Source: Octopus sinensis (lineage: Eukaryota). Taken from it: 64,000 nucleotides of DNA. Of the stretch, positions 1-13,085 are shown piece after piece. A program made the translations under genes and the position numbers. The stretch lies in contig NC_043009.1 in NCBI RefSeq assembly GCF_006345805.1, forward strand, positions 23,436,001 through 23,500,000, given 5' to 3'. Numbering within the stretch: the first letter of the stretch is position 1; each line of letters begins with the position of its first letter. The notes under the pieces are model-generated. The model worked only from the letters and a program-made list of their open reading frames with translations. It ran no database searches and was not told the origin of the DNA.

Positions 1-20
1 CTATGTATCTACATCTTTTA

Positions 21-446
21 TCTTTTACTCATTTGAATCACTGAGCGGTAGTCATGCTGGGGCACCACCTTGAGGGGTTTTTGTCAAACAAATTGATTCC
101 GGAACTTAACTTTTAATCCTAGTATTCAATCTATCAGTCTCTTCTGCTGAACTGCTAAATTACAGGGATGTAAACACACCAACACCGGTTGTCAAGTGGT
201 AATGAGGATGGGTGGGTGAGGTGGACAAACTGACACAAAGACATGCACACATAAACATATACATACATATATATATACATATACAACAGGTTTCTTTCAG
301 TTTCTGTCTACCACATTTACTCACAAGGTTTTGATCGGCCCAAGGATATAGTAGAAGACACTTGCTCAAGGTGCCATGCAGTAGGACTGAACCCGGAACC
401 ATGTGGTTGGGAAGTAAGCTTCTTACCAGACAGCCACAACTGTGCC
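21..446 (-). mobile_element. tRNA-derived composite SINE, family A (tRNA head + CORE-like box + internal (TG/TA)n + 3' module)
   Basis: Matches the family consensus seen ~24 times in the window; the minus strand begins with a tRNA-like head and continues ...CACCTTGAGCAAGTGTCTT. Confidence 0.8.
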
Positions 447-1859
447 TATTTGTGTGTTCTCATGCCATGTCACATCCACCCTTAAGTGGTGAATACCTCA
501 CCTTCTGGTATTCATACTGCTTCTGTCACATTGTTTAAACATAAATATAGAAATGTGTGTGTGTGTGTACACAAATGGATTATATTGTTTATTTTTCTTT
601 GTGCTTGTGTATTACCCACATTTGATGTACAGCTGCTACACTTATACCTCAGGGCTAGAATTTAAATAAACCATATATAAAAAAAAAAACGAAAAAAAAA
701 AGGCAACTGTTGCCAATGTGGATGACAATGATGGCAACATGTTGATGACAATGATGCCAACAACCCCTACAGCATCATTAAACTCAAATGTTTGTTTGTT
801 TTTTTGATGCACGTAGTAAGACACAGCACGTTTCTTTTTCACTGTTCAACAAGTTGCTTCATCCAACTAAACAGACGCAACACACGTGGCTTCTAACCTT
901 TGTTACATAACATTGAAATAAAGATATAAAATATCCTGGGGGCTCCCGTCTCACCAATGAGCACCTTTGCATGCATCCATACACAAACAAATACACGCAC
1001 ATATGTAATCTTCCTAAGTAATCCTTAAGAAGGATTTTGCTTTTGCGACAAGCTATTTTTTCTTTTATTTTTTTCTCTCGCCTGTTGTTTGTTTGGCTAA
1101 TGTCTTTTTACCTAAATACAAAAATTACATATATTATCTTCAGCTGCTATAAGCAAAGCCTTCTGCCCTGTCTTTATTTCTGCTTTTATAAAGAAATTCT
1201 TTCATCTTTGTAGAATCAATAGAGGTTTTAATAAAGGGCCTTGTGGTGTTTATATTCCGCCTCTTTCATCTATTTAATCAGTTCAGTCATTGGACTGTGG
1301 CCATGCTGGAGCACTGCCTTGCAGGATTTTAATCAAACAGATTGACCCAGCATTTATTTATTTATTTAAAAAAAAAATCTTATATTCTATTAGTCTCTTT
1401 TCCCAAACTGCTAAATTACAGGGACATGAACAAACCAACAGCTGTTAAATAGAGTGAGAGTGTGTCTGTTGGAGTGACAGACACAGACACAAAGAAACAC
1501 ATACAAACACAGGCAAACAACAGGCTTCCACACAGTTTCTGTTGAGTAAATTTACTAACAAGGTATGGGTTGACCTGAGGTTATAGCAGAAGACACCTGC
1601 CCAAGGTGTCACACAGTGAGACTGAACCTCAAATCACCTTGTTGCAAAGCGTGCTTCTTAACCTCACAGCCATGCATGTGCCTACATTTACTTACATCTT
1701 TTTCATATCCTGAGTTCAAGTCTTGCCTATGTCAGCTCTGTCTTTCATTCCTTTTGGGGCTGGATTAAATATGAACCAACCAAGTGCGAAGGAGGGGCGA
1801 ATAATTAAATCAACTTTCACCTTTTCACAAGAATTGCCGCCTTGTGTTTTTATCAGTGT

Positions 1860-2085
1860 CAGCAGGTAGATAGTGAGCTGGCAGAATTGTTAGCATGCCA
1901 GGGGAAAAATGCTTAGCAGCATTCCATCTGTTTTATGTTCTGAGTTCAAATTCTACCGAGGCTGATTTTGCCTTTTAGCCTTTCATGGTCGATAAAATAA
2001 GTATGAGTCGAGTACAGGGAGTGATGTAATTGACTTTAGCCGTTCCTTGAAATTACTGGCATTGTGCCAAAATTTGAAAACATTA
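1860..2085 (+). mobile_element. SINE family B (GGCGGCGAGCTGGCAG head)
   Basis: GAGCTGGCAGAATTGTTAGCATGCC ... TGAGTTCAAATTC ... TTTCATGGTCGATAAAATAAGTA ... GTGCCAAAATTTGAAA; many dispersed copies. Confidence 0.8.
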
Positions 2086-2227
2086 TGACTATTAGAAGGG
2101 TGGTGGACTGTCAAATATTAGCCTGTCAGACAAAATATCTTGCAGTATTTCTTTTGGGTCTTTACATTTGGAGTTCAATGCCCTGTGAAGCCTTCCTTCT
2201 TCCCAATGTTGATAAAATCATGTTTAA

Positions 2228-2447
2228 CCCTTTCGTTTCTGTATTTATTTTGAGATACTCTGTATTTCTTTCAATTACTTTAAATATAACAAAGAATTTA
2301 GGAAAATAACTTTGTTATCATTAAGTTAGTGTTAGGAACATAAATTGTAACTAAGGTCTGGGGGAAGATTTTAATTCAAAACTTATGAAAACAAGACATT
2401 TGTATTACAAAGCCAGAGCCGGTTTCAGCTGGGTTGGTAACGAAAGG
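2228..2447. mobile_element. piggyBac-type MITE (~220 bp)
   Basis: TTAA|CCCTTTCGTT...GTAACGAAAGG ends; inverted homolog at 32315-32536; right-hand TTAA is degenerate. Confidence 0.65.
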
Positions 2448-3189
2448 TATGTATCAGGAAAAGGATGTTTGAGATGTATCAGGAAAGTTTCTCTTCAGGA
2501 TACACACCTGGGAAAAGTATTTTTTTCTTTTTGTAGAAAACTACAGTAGTTGCTCAAGCAAGTAAGTCTGACATCTCCATACTACTGATATTGTTTAAGG
2601 AAAGGGTAAGACAAAGGCCCACCCAGCTTGGCACCAGTGTTGTTGCAGTTCTTACTCTCAGAAACACAAAGACCAAGGAAAGCTACTTACAGCAAGGCAT
2701 CTTGTCCGATGCTCGAACAGTTCTGCCAATCCAGCTTCCCCATCCCTACCCCCGGATTTGTACTTTTATTTTTAAGAAAATCCCAAAAGGATGAAAGACA
2801 ACATTGGACCTCAGTAAGGTTTGAACCAAGAAGGCAGGGGTTTGAAACAAGAACTGAAAAGGCTAGCCAACATGTCAACGACTCAGGATCAATTTATTGT
2901 CTTTATTGAAATATATGAAGGAAATAAAAATTAAACAATGCTTACAGGCATTCCATATGCTCTAAGGATATCCATTTTACACATGGGACAACTTCTTTGT
3001 TCTAACAGCCATGGATCCACACAGGATTTATGTAAAATATGTCTGAAACAAAGAACAGAAACAACAGCTTTAAGAGAGCAATATTAGTATTAATAGTGTA
3101 GTCTTTAACACAATCCCAACAACCACACAGCAGTCTTAACAGCAATGCCACAGTCCCAAAAATCTTACTGCAATCCCAACAATCATACC

Positions 3190-3422
3190 TATTTCTTTAC
3201 TACCCACAAGGGGCTAAACACAGAGAGGACAAACGAGGACAAACAAACGGATTAAGTCGATTACATCGACCCCAATGCGTAACTGGTACATATTTAATCG
3301 ACCCCGAAAGGATGAAAGGCAAAGTCGACTTCGGCGGAATTTGAACTCAGAATGTAACAGCAGGTGAAATATGGTTACGCATTTTGCCTGGCGTGCTAAC
3401 GTGTCTGCCAGCTCGCCGCCTT
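3190..3422 (-). mobile_element. SINE family B with Tx1-like tail and 17-bp TSD
   Basis: Full head-to-tail copy; ATCCCAACAATCATACC duplicated at 3173-3189 and 3423-3439. Confidence 0.9.
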
Positions 3423-3424
3423 AT

Positions 3425-3880
3425 CCCAACAATCATACCGTGGTCCCAACAGCCATACCACAGTCCTGACAGCCATACTATACAGACCCCAAATTGCCAT
3501 CACAATCCCAACAGTCATACCACAGTCCAAAAATCCTAACCATAGTCCCAAAGACCTTACCACAATCCCAACAACCATACCATAGTCCCAACAGCCAGAC
3601 CACAGTCCCAACAGCCAGACCATAGTCCCAACAGCCAGACCACAGTCCCAACAGCCAGACCATAGTCCCAACAGCCAGACCACAGTCCCAACAGCCAGAC
3701 CATAGTCCCAACAGCCAGACCACAGTCCCAACAGCCAGACCATAGTCCCAACAGCCAGACCACAGTCCCAACAGCCAGACCATAGTCCCAACAGCCAGAC
3801 CACAGTCCCAACAGCCAGACCACAATCCTAAAAACCTTACCACAATCCCAACAGCCATACTGGAGTCCCAACAACCTTAC
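3425..3880. repeat. 20-bp minisatellite CCA(C/T)AGTCCCAACAGCCAGA with alternating 40-bp higher-order unit
   Basis: Near-perfect alternation at ~3580-3822; degenerate units at 3100-3190, 3425-3580, 3822-3880 and 4170-4300. Confidence 0.95.
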
Positions 3881-5399
3881 TACTGAAATGTCTTATTTTT
3901 TTAAGTTAGGATCACATCCAGTTCTAAAATGTATAACTCACTAGACTGCTATCCAGGTAATATGGTCCATAGATTAAACATACTGGAATGCACTGATGTA
4001 TCAAATGTTAGGAATTCTTATGTACCATGGGGAACATCACAGTAAAAAAAATTCCTGGCTTTGCATTCCAAAAGACCACCATTTGTACGTGTGACCAGTT
4101 CCTGTCAAACACAGTTGCACCAGGGAGATAACTCCCTACCTATGAAGACCCGTAGAACATTCCAGAACATCACAACCACAATCCCAACAATACCACCATA
4201 ATCCCATCAGCTTTACCACAATCCCAAAAAAGGCTCACCAGTCCCCAAAACTGCACCAAAGTCTCAACAGCCTCACACTAGTCTCACCACAGTGTCACCA
4301 TACAAATCTCCTCAAGTACATAGTTTGAAATGTGATCTACAAAAATGAGATAGGAGTGAATATATGGAATGAATATGGCGTTGAAGGTAAGAAAATATGC
4401 GTCAGAGAATAAGAATGAGAGGAAGAGGAAGAGAGAAAGGGAAGGAGGAGGAAATAGGTTGGTTATCTCTGCTTCTCATGTATTTGCATACGTGTGTGTT
4501 TGTGTGTGTGTATGAGTGTCTGTGTATATGAGCGTGTGTATGAATAAAGGGAGAAAACAAGTGTGCTAGAGAGAGAGGGCGTGTGTGTGTGTTTGATAGT
4601 TAGTGTGTGTATGTATGTGTGTGTGTAAACATTCTGCTATGTGTATGCCTAAGCTTGGACGTGAGCTTGTTTATGTTTACTTGAGATGCTCCTGATAAAT
4701 ATTTTCCTTTATTCATTCAATCACAATTATAAAACCATGTATATATTTATGTGTGTGTGTGTATGCATGTGCACACACACACTTACTCGAAAATTTTGAA
4801 GTGGATCGCTTGGAGATTAAATATAAAGTAAGATTTTAAAAAACAATCTTAAATCCAATATAAATGATTAATACGAACTCTGAAGAATTTTATTTTCTGT
4901 TTTTGATAAGAATTTCCTTGTATTCATAAAAGCAAGCTCTTAATGTACACTATCAAGTGAAAATGCAAGAGATTTAGCAAGAGTACATACAAAGGACGTT
5001 AATCGAGGAGCAATAGTAATAGACAAAGGTAAACGTGGCTGTGTGGTTAAGAAGTCCATTGCCCAATCACATAGTTTCAGGTTCAATCCCACAGCCAAGC
5101 AACTAAAAACCTGATGAGTGGATTTCGTAGATGAAAACTGTGGAAGCCTGTCATGTGGTTGTGTGTGTGTGTGTTCTTATTCTTTTGTTCTTTTACTTGT
5201 TTCAGTCAATTGATAACGGCCATGCTGGAGCATTGCCTTAAGGGAGTTTAGTTGAACAATTTGACCCTAGGGCTTGTTTTTTGTAAGCCCAGTAGTTATT
5301 CTATCGGTCTCTTCTGCCAAAATGCTAAGTTACGGGGATGTAAACACACCAACATCAGTTGTCAAGTGATAATTGAAGGGGGGACAAACACAAAGGCAT

Positions 5400-5444
<45 letters not shown>

Positions 5445-6989
5445 GTAAATCCAAAAAAGAAGAACAAATACAAAAAAACAACGCGAGGACATGGTACATG
5501 TAATGTATCAACAGACGCTCAGGAAAGGAAAGAAAGATGGTTTAATGTTTTGAGCAGATGCTCTTCTTTGGAAAAGAAAGGAAGACGGAGGAAGAAAATT
5601 GCCAATGATTCACATGTGGTTACATTTTGAAATGACCGGAAGGGAACGGGTAAAGAAAAGGTTCTAAGACAGGAGAATGTAAGAGAAGGAAGGTATGTGT
5701 GTGTGCAGGTCTGTGTGTGTGTAATAATAGCATGTGTGTGTAGTTTTGGTTTTTTATATGTGTATGTGTCAGTGAACTTTGTGCCACTTAATGTCGTAGG
5801 AGGAACTTATAGTAGAAGTGGCTGTCTTTTGTGTAGTGTGTCCCTTCACATGTGCATAGGAGAATGGTCAGTAGAAAGGTGTTTAACTGGTAGTTTGAAG
5901 TTGTGTTTATATATATATATATACATATACACACACACATGACGGGCTTCTTTCAGTTTCTGTCTATCAAATCCACTTGCAAGGCCTTGGTGGGCCTGAG
6001 GCTATAGTAGAAGAGACTTTTCCAAGGTGCTACACCTGTTTTCCATGCTGGCATGGGTTGAATGGCTTGACAAGAGCTAGCAAGGCCAGGGACCACACCA
6101 GGTTCCATGGTCAGTTTTGGCTTGGTTTCTACAGCTGAATGCCCTTCCTTAATGCCAACCACTTTACAAAGTGCACTGGGTGGGTTTTATATGGCACTAG
6201 CACCAGATATATAGACATGAGTATATTTAGTAGATGGAAACTGAAAGAAGTTTATCATATATCATCATTATCATTATTTAAAATCTGCTTTCCATGCTGG
6301 CATGGGCTTGACAGATTGACAAGATACAGTGAGCTGCAAAGTTATGCTGAACTCCAGTATCAGCTTTGGCATGGTTTCTGCAGTTGGATGCAACTTCCTA
6401 TTGTCAACCAATTTACAGTGTGTACTGAGTGCTTTTTTCTCATGCTACTGGCACTTGTGAAGTTGCTAGGTAACTTGTAAGATAGAAAGAGAGAGCAGGG
6501 GAAATAGGAAAAAGCCCCCACTTAAAGGTGACAGGTGATGTTGAGTATCTGAGGTGAGTGAAGTGACTTTAAACCAATGCTAGGTAGGATAGAGGGACAA
6601 GCGCAGGTGTGTTACTGACTTCTTGTCTTGATGCCATGTTATAGTTGGAAGTGAATGTTAACCATTTTATACAGAGTGTTATTCATTTCCAATCTTCCAT
6701 GAAAACATGTCCAGTTATGAAGAATATTACATTGCTTGAAAACAAGTGAGGATTAGTGACAAAAAGAGCATCCAGCCAGAGGAAAATTCCATCAGATCTA
6801 TGCAGACATGGAAAGGTAGACATTAAAGCACTGATGATGATGATGACGACGACGACGATAAAATCTTGATTAGAAAAGGCAGTGTTTAGCTAGGTGTAAA
6901 ACCTTTATCACTCTTGAAAACTACAATGAGAACTTTGCTGTAAACTCTATATGCAGGCTAATAAATTTTGCAGAAACTGAACATATACA

Positions 6990-7150
6990 CTCTTGGAGTG
7001 GTTGGCTTTAGGAAGGGCATCCAGCTGTAGAAACTCTGCCAGATCAAGATTGGAGCCTGGTGCAGCTATCTGGTTTGCCAGCCCTCAGTCAAATCGTCCA
7101 ACTCATGCTAGCATGGAAAGCGGACGTTAAACGATGATGATGATGATGAA
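6990..7150 (+). mobile_element. RTE LINE 3' tail fragment
   Basis: CACTCTTGGAGTGGTTGGCTTTAGGAAGGGCATCCAGCTGTAGAAAC...GGACGTTAAACGATGATGATG; same tail as the RTE at 34820-35938. Confidence 0.8.
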
Positions 7151-7614
7151 CTCTGGAAAGTTAGTAAATAAGCCGAATAAATAGAAAAGTTAGAGAAGAG
7201 CTATTAGATTACAACAATTGAATAACCCCATTGCAGTACTTAATCAGTTTAGCAAAATTAGGGATAAAAACAGATGTAATATCAATTTGATATTCTTGAT
7301 GTCTGCCTGTCAATTTATAAGTTACTCTCCTTAAAGCCCCAGAATTTGATAAAACATGTGTTATCCACAATAAGGACTGTTCATACAATCAGGCAGGCTA
7401 GAAATCAGAAACTGATGTTTTCCCAAAGTGATTCTAGATGGATGAAAGTTATTAATGATGTTACAATGGGTTTCTTTGATGGCGCTGAAAGACTGTGATT
7501 GAGTTTGATTTGTTGATTGATTTAAAAGGTCAGTTTAAATCTGGATTTCATAGTTTGAATATAATTTTGTATAGAGATGACAGTCTAAGAACTACCAAAG
7601 AATATAGAGATGTA

Positions 7615-7790
7615 TAAAAAAACACCCACTACATTCTCGGAGTGATTGGCGTTAAGAATGGCATCCAGCTGTAGAAATACTGCCAGATCAGACTGGAGCC
7701 TGGTGCATCTTCCTGGCTTCCCAGACCCTGGTCGAACTGTCCAACCCATGCTAGCATGGAAAACAGAGTTAAATGATGATGATGATGATG
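7615..7790 (+). mobile_element. RTE LINE 3' tail fragment
   Basis: Same tail family, ending in (GAT)n. Confidence 0.8.
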
Positions 7791-7881
7791 ATAACCATAA
7801 TAGAATAAGGAAAGAGCATTTCAATGCTTCCAAAGAATTTAGGCTTAATTTCACTGTAGTTAGCTATACCACAATAGTCAA

Positions 7882-8212
7882 GGTGCGTGGCTCAGTGGTT
7901 AGAGTGTTAGGCTCACAATCACGAGGTAGTGAGTTTGATTCTTGGACTGGGCTGTGCATTGTGTTCTTGAGCAAGACACTTTATTTCATGTTGCTCCAGT
8001 TCACTCAGCTGTAGAAACGAGTTGCAGTGTACTGGTGCCAGGCTGTATTGGCCTTTGCCATTCCCTTGGATAACATTGGTGGTATGGAGAGAGGAGGCTG
8101 ATATGCATGGGTGACTGCTGGTCTTCCATAAACAATGTTGCCTGGACTTGTGTCTTGGAGGGGAACTTTCAAGGTGCAATCCTATGGTCATTCATGAATG
8201 AAGGGTGTCTTT
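7882..8212 (+). mobile_element. tRNA-derived CORE-type SINE, family C
   Basis: A box TGGCTCAGTGG and B-box-like GAGTTTGATTC, then TGTGTTCTTGAGCAAGACACTTTATTTC; homolog at 15677-16015. Confidence 0.8.
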
Positions 8213-9750
8213 ACACTTAAACCCTATAGACAGTGAAATGAAAACTTCATTTACATTAATAGAAACTCCAGTCATCCACCATTTTTAGGAACCTTGTCAG
8301 TAATATTGGTAGAATAATCTTGAACATCTCAATTAAAAAATATTTGAGACAGTTACAAGCAACTACAAAATGCTGAAAAGTTGTGGATTTTTGTGAACAG
8401 ATTAAGTTTATTCCCAAGTCTGCTCCAATCTCAGCTAATGGGACAAAACAAATGCTACTGTAATGTAATCTGGTTTAACTCTCCATTCGAGTCAAATTTA
8501 ACTTTAGAAATAATTTCCAAGTTCATCTTCAACTAATACTTCCTAAATCTCAGAAGCATTTCCTTAAAGGTCATAAATATTGGTTTCAAATTTTTGCACG
8601 AGGCCAACAATTCTGGGTGCTTCTTTCTCATGACACTGGCACTAGTGAAGTTGCTAGGTAACTTGTAAGACAGAAAGAGAGAACAGGGGAAATGGGAAAA
8701 AAGCCCCCACTTATAGGTGATGGTGAGTATTTATTTTATCAACCTCAAAGGGACGAAAGGCAAAGCTGATAATGACAAAATTTGAACTCAGAACATAAAG
8801 ACGGGTGAATTACTGCTAGGATTTTGTCCAGTGTGCTAATGATTCTGCCAGCTCACTGTCTTAAAGATCATAAATATTAAAGATTATTCAAACAGAAAAC
8901 CTAAAAGTAAGCTATAGTTGCAAGAATAATATGGGAGAAATTATTGCTAGTATCAGGCACTCCAAGCCACAGAATAAGTCATCCAACAGCTATGCGAATG
9001 GGCAACAAAATGCAAATCTAGAAAACTGCAATTGCCAAAGGAAGGAGCTCTGATAATTAAACAATTTATGCAAAGCTAATGTTTCACTAACGTTTCAAGC
9101 TGTTGTGTCAGTGCAATGTGACAAGCAATTTCCTAAATCCTATATTGGGATAAGTGAGGGCAATTCAAGAGCCAGTGTCATGACATCAAGCTGCCTACTC
9201 CCATTTCAAGTAACTTCCTGGTAATATGAAACTGCCTTCATTCACATTAACTTGAGGCTATCTTGTATCCAATTTCCAATTACCTCCCTCTCTGATGTAG
9301 CTAGAATGATAAATGCTAATGCTTACAAGTCATGATATGTGTATTACATAAAGCATGTGAAACATACCAGATTGTAAATGAGTCGCAAAACATTAAAAGA
9401 TAAAAAATGTTACAGTTTTTTTTTTATTGTGTCCCTCAACTAGAATAAAATTACAGATGTAATTACAAATGCAAATAAAAAATATATTTACATACTTCAA
9501 AAGCATGTGTACATGTGTGTAATTATAAAATTATTTTCAGTTTCACCAAATGTGTATGCATTTGTGATTATGTGTGTGTATGTATATATGTATGTGTATA
9601 CACACACATATATACATATACACACAAAAATACATGCACATACACAAATATATATACATATACACATGTATACATATATTCACATACAGACACACATATA
9701 TACAAATACACACACATGTGTGTATGTGTGTGCACGTGTCATTCTCTCAT

Positions 9751-10157
9751 ACTCTTTACCCTTTTACTTGTTTCAGTCATTTGACTGTGGCCATGCTGGA
9801 GCACTGCCTTTAGTGGAAGAAATTGACCCCAGTTCTTATTCTTTGTAAGCCTAGTACTTATTCTATCAGTCTCTTTTGCCAAACCGCTAAGTTATGGCGA
9901 CGCAAACATACAAGCATCGGTTGCCGAGCAATGTGGAGGGGGGACAAACACAGACACACAAACATATACACACACATACATATATATACACATATGACAG
10001 GTTTCTTTCAGTTTCTTACTACCAAATCCACTAACAAGGCTTTGGTCGACCTGAGGCTATAGTAGAAGACATTTGCCCAAGGTGCCACGCAGTGGGACTG
10101 AACCAGGAGCCATGTGGTTGGTAAGCAAGCTACTTACTACACAGCCACTCCTGTTCC
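9751..10157 (-). mobile_element. SINE family A
   Basis: Full-length match to family consensus. Confidence 0.85.
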
Positions 10158-10571
10158 ATGTCTGTCTTTATACCAGTATCTCTTGAAAACGGTGCTTTCG
10201 TTTATGTCCTATAACTTAACAGTTCAACAAATAAAGATTGATAAGATAATTACCACACTTAAAAATAAGTAATGGAGTCAATACAATTAACCAAAACCCT
10301 CCAAAGCAGTGCCCCAGAATGGTCATAATTCAACAACTGAAACAAGAGAATGACTAAAAGAATGACTCTCTCTCTCACACACACATTCTTAGGTATTCAT
10401 AATCTCAAAAAAAAAAAAATATGCAGACACACACACACAAACACACCCACACATACACAAACACACACGTATCTTTATCTCTTCCACGTCCAAATACAAA
10501 TATGCTGATATCTATATAAGCACATGAATAAAACATCAAATAGATTTATCTTGTTATTATTTGTCAGCTTT

Positions 10572-11415
10572 AAGGCGGCGATTGTTAGCATGCTTGGTGA
10601 AACGCTTAGTGGCATTTCACTCATTGCTACGCTCTGAGTTCAAATTCTGCCATGGTTGACTTTACCTTTTAATCTTTTCGAAGTCGATAAAATAAGTACC
10701 AGTTGAACACTGGGGTCGATGTAATTGATTCATCGCTTCTCCCAAAATGCTACCCTTGTGGCAAAATCTGAAACCATTATTATTATTATTGTTAAGGTGA
10801 CAGACTGGCAGAATCATTAGCATGTTGGACAAGATGCTTTGCGGCATTTCGTCCGTCTTAATGTTCTGGGTTCAAATTCCGTGGAGGTCCACTTTGTTTT
10901 TTATTCCTTTCAGAGTTGATCTGTTGATCTAATCAACTTAGCCTTCCCTCAAAATTGCTGGCCTTGTGTCAAAATTTGAAACCTTTCTTTGTCAGCTGGC
11001 AGAGTTGTTAGCACACAGGGCAAAATGCTTAACGGCATTTTGTCTGTCTCTATGTTCTGAGTTCAAATACTGCTAAAGTCGACTTTGCCTTTCATCCTTT
11101 TGGGGTCAATAAATTAAGTACCAGTGAAACACTGGGGTCGATGTAATTGACTAGTCCCATCCTATTCTTCTTCTTATTATTATTATCATTATTGTTTTTA
11201 AGGTGGTGAGCTGGCAGAATCGTTAGCACACAGGGCAGTATGCTTAGTGACATTTCATCTGTTCCGAGTTCAAATTCTGCTGAGGTCAACTTCACCTTTC
11301 ATCCTTTTCAGGGTTGATAAAAAAAAGTACCAGTTGTGCACTGGGGTTGACATAATTGACTAGCCTGCTTCCCTCCCACAAAATTCCAAACCCTGTTTCT
11401 ATAGTAGAAAGGATT
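10572..11415 (+). mobile_element. Head-to-tail cluster of four SINE family B copies
   Basis: Four successive GGCAGA..TTAGCA..GAGTTCAAAT..GTCGATAAA modules; (ATT)n linkers follow the first and third. Confidence 0.85.
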
Positions 11416-12555
11416 ATTTGTCAGTTTTTCATTTGTTTAATTTTTGATGCTTTCTTCTTAATTTTATATAGGAAACTAGAAATATTTAGAAAAAATAAAA
11501 ATAAGTTAGACCCAACCACAGGGTTCTGGGTTCAGTTCCACTGTGTGGCACCTTGGGCAAGTGTCTTCTACTATAGCCTTGGGCCAACCAAAGACTTGTG
11601 AGTGGATTTGGTAGATGGAAACTGAAGGAAGCTTGTTGTATGTATGTATGAATGTGCCTTTGTTCCCACCACTGTTGCTTGAAAACCAATGTTGGTGTGT
11701 TTACATTGCTGTAACTTAGCAGGTCAGCAAAATAAACTGATAGAATAAGTACCAGGCTAACAAAGAACAAATCATGGGATACTTATTGATCAGACCTCAT
11801 ATGTTGCGAAATGTACATTGAACTCACACAAAACAATTAAGTCTTAAATATAGGAGGTGGGGTGGGGGGAGAAAAGATGATTACAGCTGAGAAGCCTTTA
11901 ATTAAAGATGTGCTCGATGAAAGCTGACCTGGGGTTAAACAATTACAACTTACTTGCATGGAAGAATCCTAATGACATCAGAAGGTTTGTAGCCCTCAAT
12001 ACAGACTGCACATTGGTCATAATCTGATTCCAGTTCCTGTAAAGACAGAAAAAAAATGTAATTAAAATGTTACAGAATTTCAGGTGTAAATATAAAAAAA
12101 TTATTGAAGCCTGTTATAAACCCTCTTGATATTTCCCTTAGCGTTATGACACAAGAAACAATCCCACCAAAATTGAAAAAGAACAAAAGAGAAAAACAGG
12201 TCAACCTGCGCTCTATGACACAATCACCACCACCATCAAAATCAGCAAAATGCAAAAGAAAAAAAATATCAGGTCACCCTGACTCTATGACACCCCCCAC
12301 CCACCAAATTAGTTAAGAAAAAATTTTAAAAATACAAAACTTTAAAAAAATTTTTCCGGGACGTCCTACGTCCCAGATATAAAGGTAAAAATAAAATATT
12401 TCCACTTTGCAAGTTCGAGTTGAGTACTCCCTTGCACGCTCTGTTGACTCAAACCTTGCTTCTATTGTGGCGAATTTACCGCCTCTGATTAGATATCTTT
12501 CATAGTCGCACCAAGAAACTTTTCGAAGGTGCTTTCCTCCATGTGTTCAAATCTT

Positions 12556-13085
12556 TTTTCTCTACATTGTATACTTTATAGACAATAGTCTTTTCTTTAA
12601 TTTAATTTTTTATTATCCATCTGGACTATTCCATTTCCGCACACTAATTTTATTTTTAATTTATTCCCATTCATGTGAAACCACTTCTTCAAGTTCAAGT
12701 CATTGATACAATTTTATACCAATTGCTATTTTTACTTTTGTTATGTAATGATTATATTATACTTTAGTTTGATTTTAATTATTACTGACTACATATAATT
12801 CAATTGTTATTATTATTTTTATTGTTAAAGTGAAAGCATCTGACATAAAATGGAGAAATATTTTTGTTTCACTTTAACATGTAATACTGAAATAATGGAG
12901 AAGATATGATATTGCTATGGGCTCGCTCTAGGCAAGCAGTAGAACATTTTTTTTTGCCAATGACACTCCCCGGACCCTAAGTAAGGCATGTGTAAAATTT
13001 GAATGAAATTGGTTGTGTAGTTCTCAAGTTTTAGGGAAACACACAGACAGACAGACAGACATTCTCAGTTTTATATATATAAAGA
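12556..13085 (-). mobile_element. Non-autonomous Helitron-type element, 5' arm
   Basis: Minus strand starts A|TCTTTATATATATAAAACTGAGAATGTCTGTC; ~500 bp homologous to 61089-61557; 3' end not located. Confidence 0.7.

Larger units (their letters stand above)
6860..9330 (+). mobile_element. Ancient fragmented Penelope-like element (RT + GIY-YIG remnant), interrupted by SINE/RTE insertions
   Basis: Collinear degenerate motifs: FITLENYNENF..CRLIN (~6905-6965), QFDILD (~7283), DVTMGFFDGAE (~7458), LYRDDSL (~7568), KPYR..HPP (~8220-8280), VIWFNSPF (~8465), LKVSYSC (~8900), NCNC (~9022), SYIG (~9138). Confidence 0.7.

Noticed and set aside
3396-3874. Three long Trp/Gly/Cys-rich ORFs
   Set aside because: They are translations of the 20-bp minisatellite in all frames.
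5111-5140. CTGATGAG...GAAAAC, resembling a canonical hammerhead core
   Set aside because: It is a mutated family A SINE segment (CTTGTGAGTGGATTTGGTAGACGGAAAC); no stem II or stem I.
9340-9370. Possible decayed hammerhead at the 3' end of the old PLE (CATGATA..CATGTGAAAC)
   Set aside because: Core and stems too degenerate to support.
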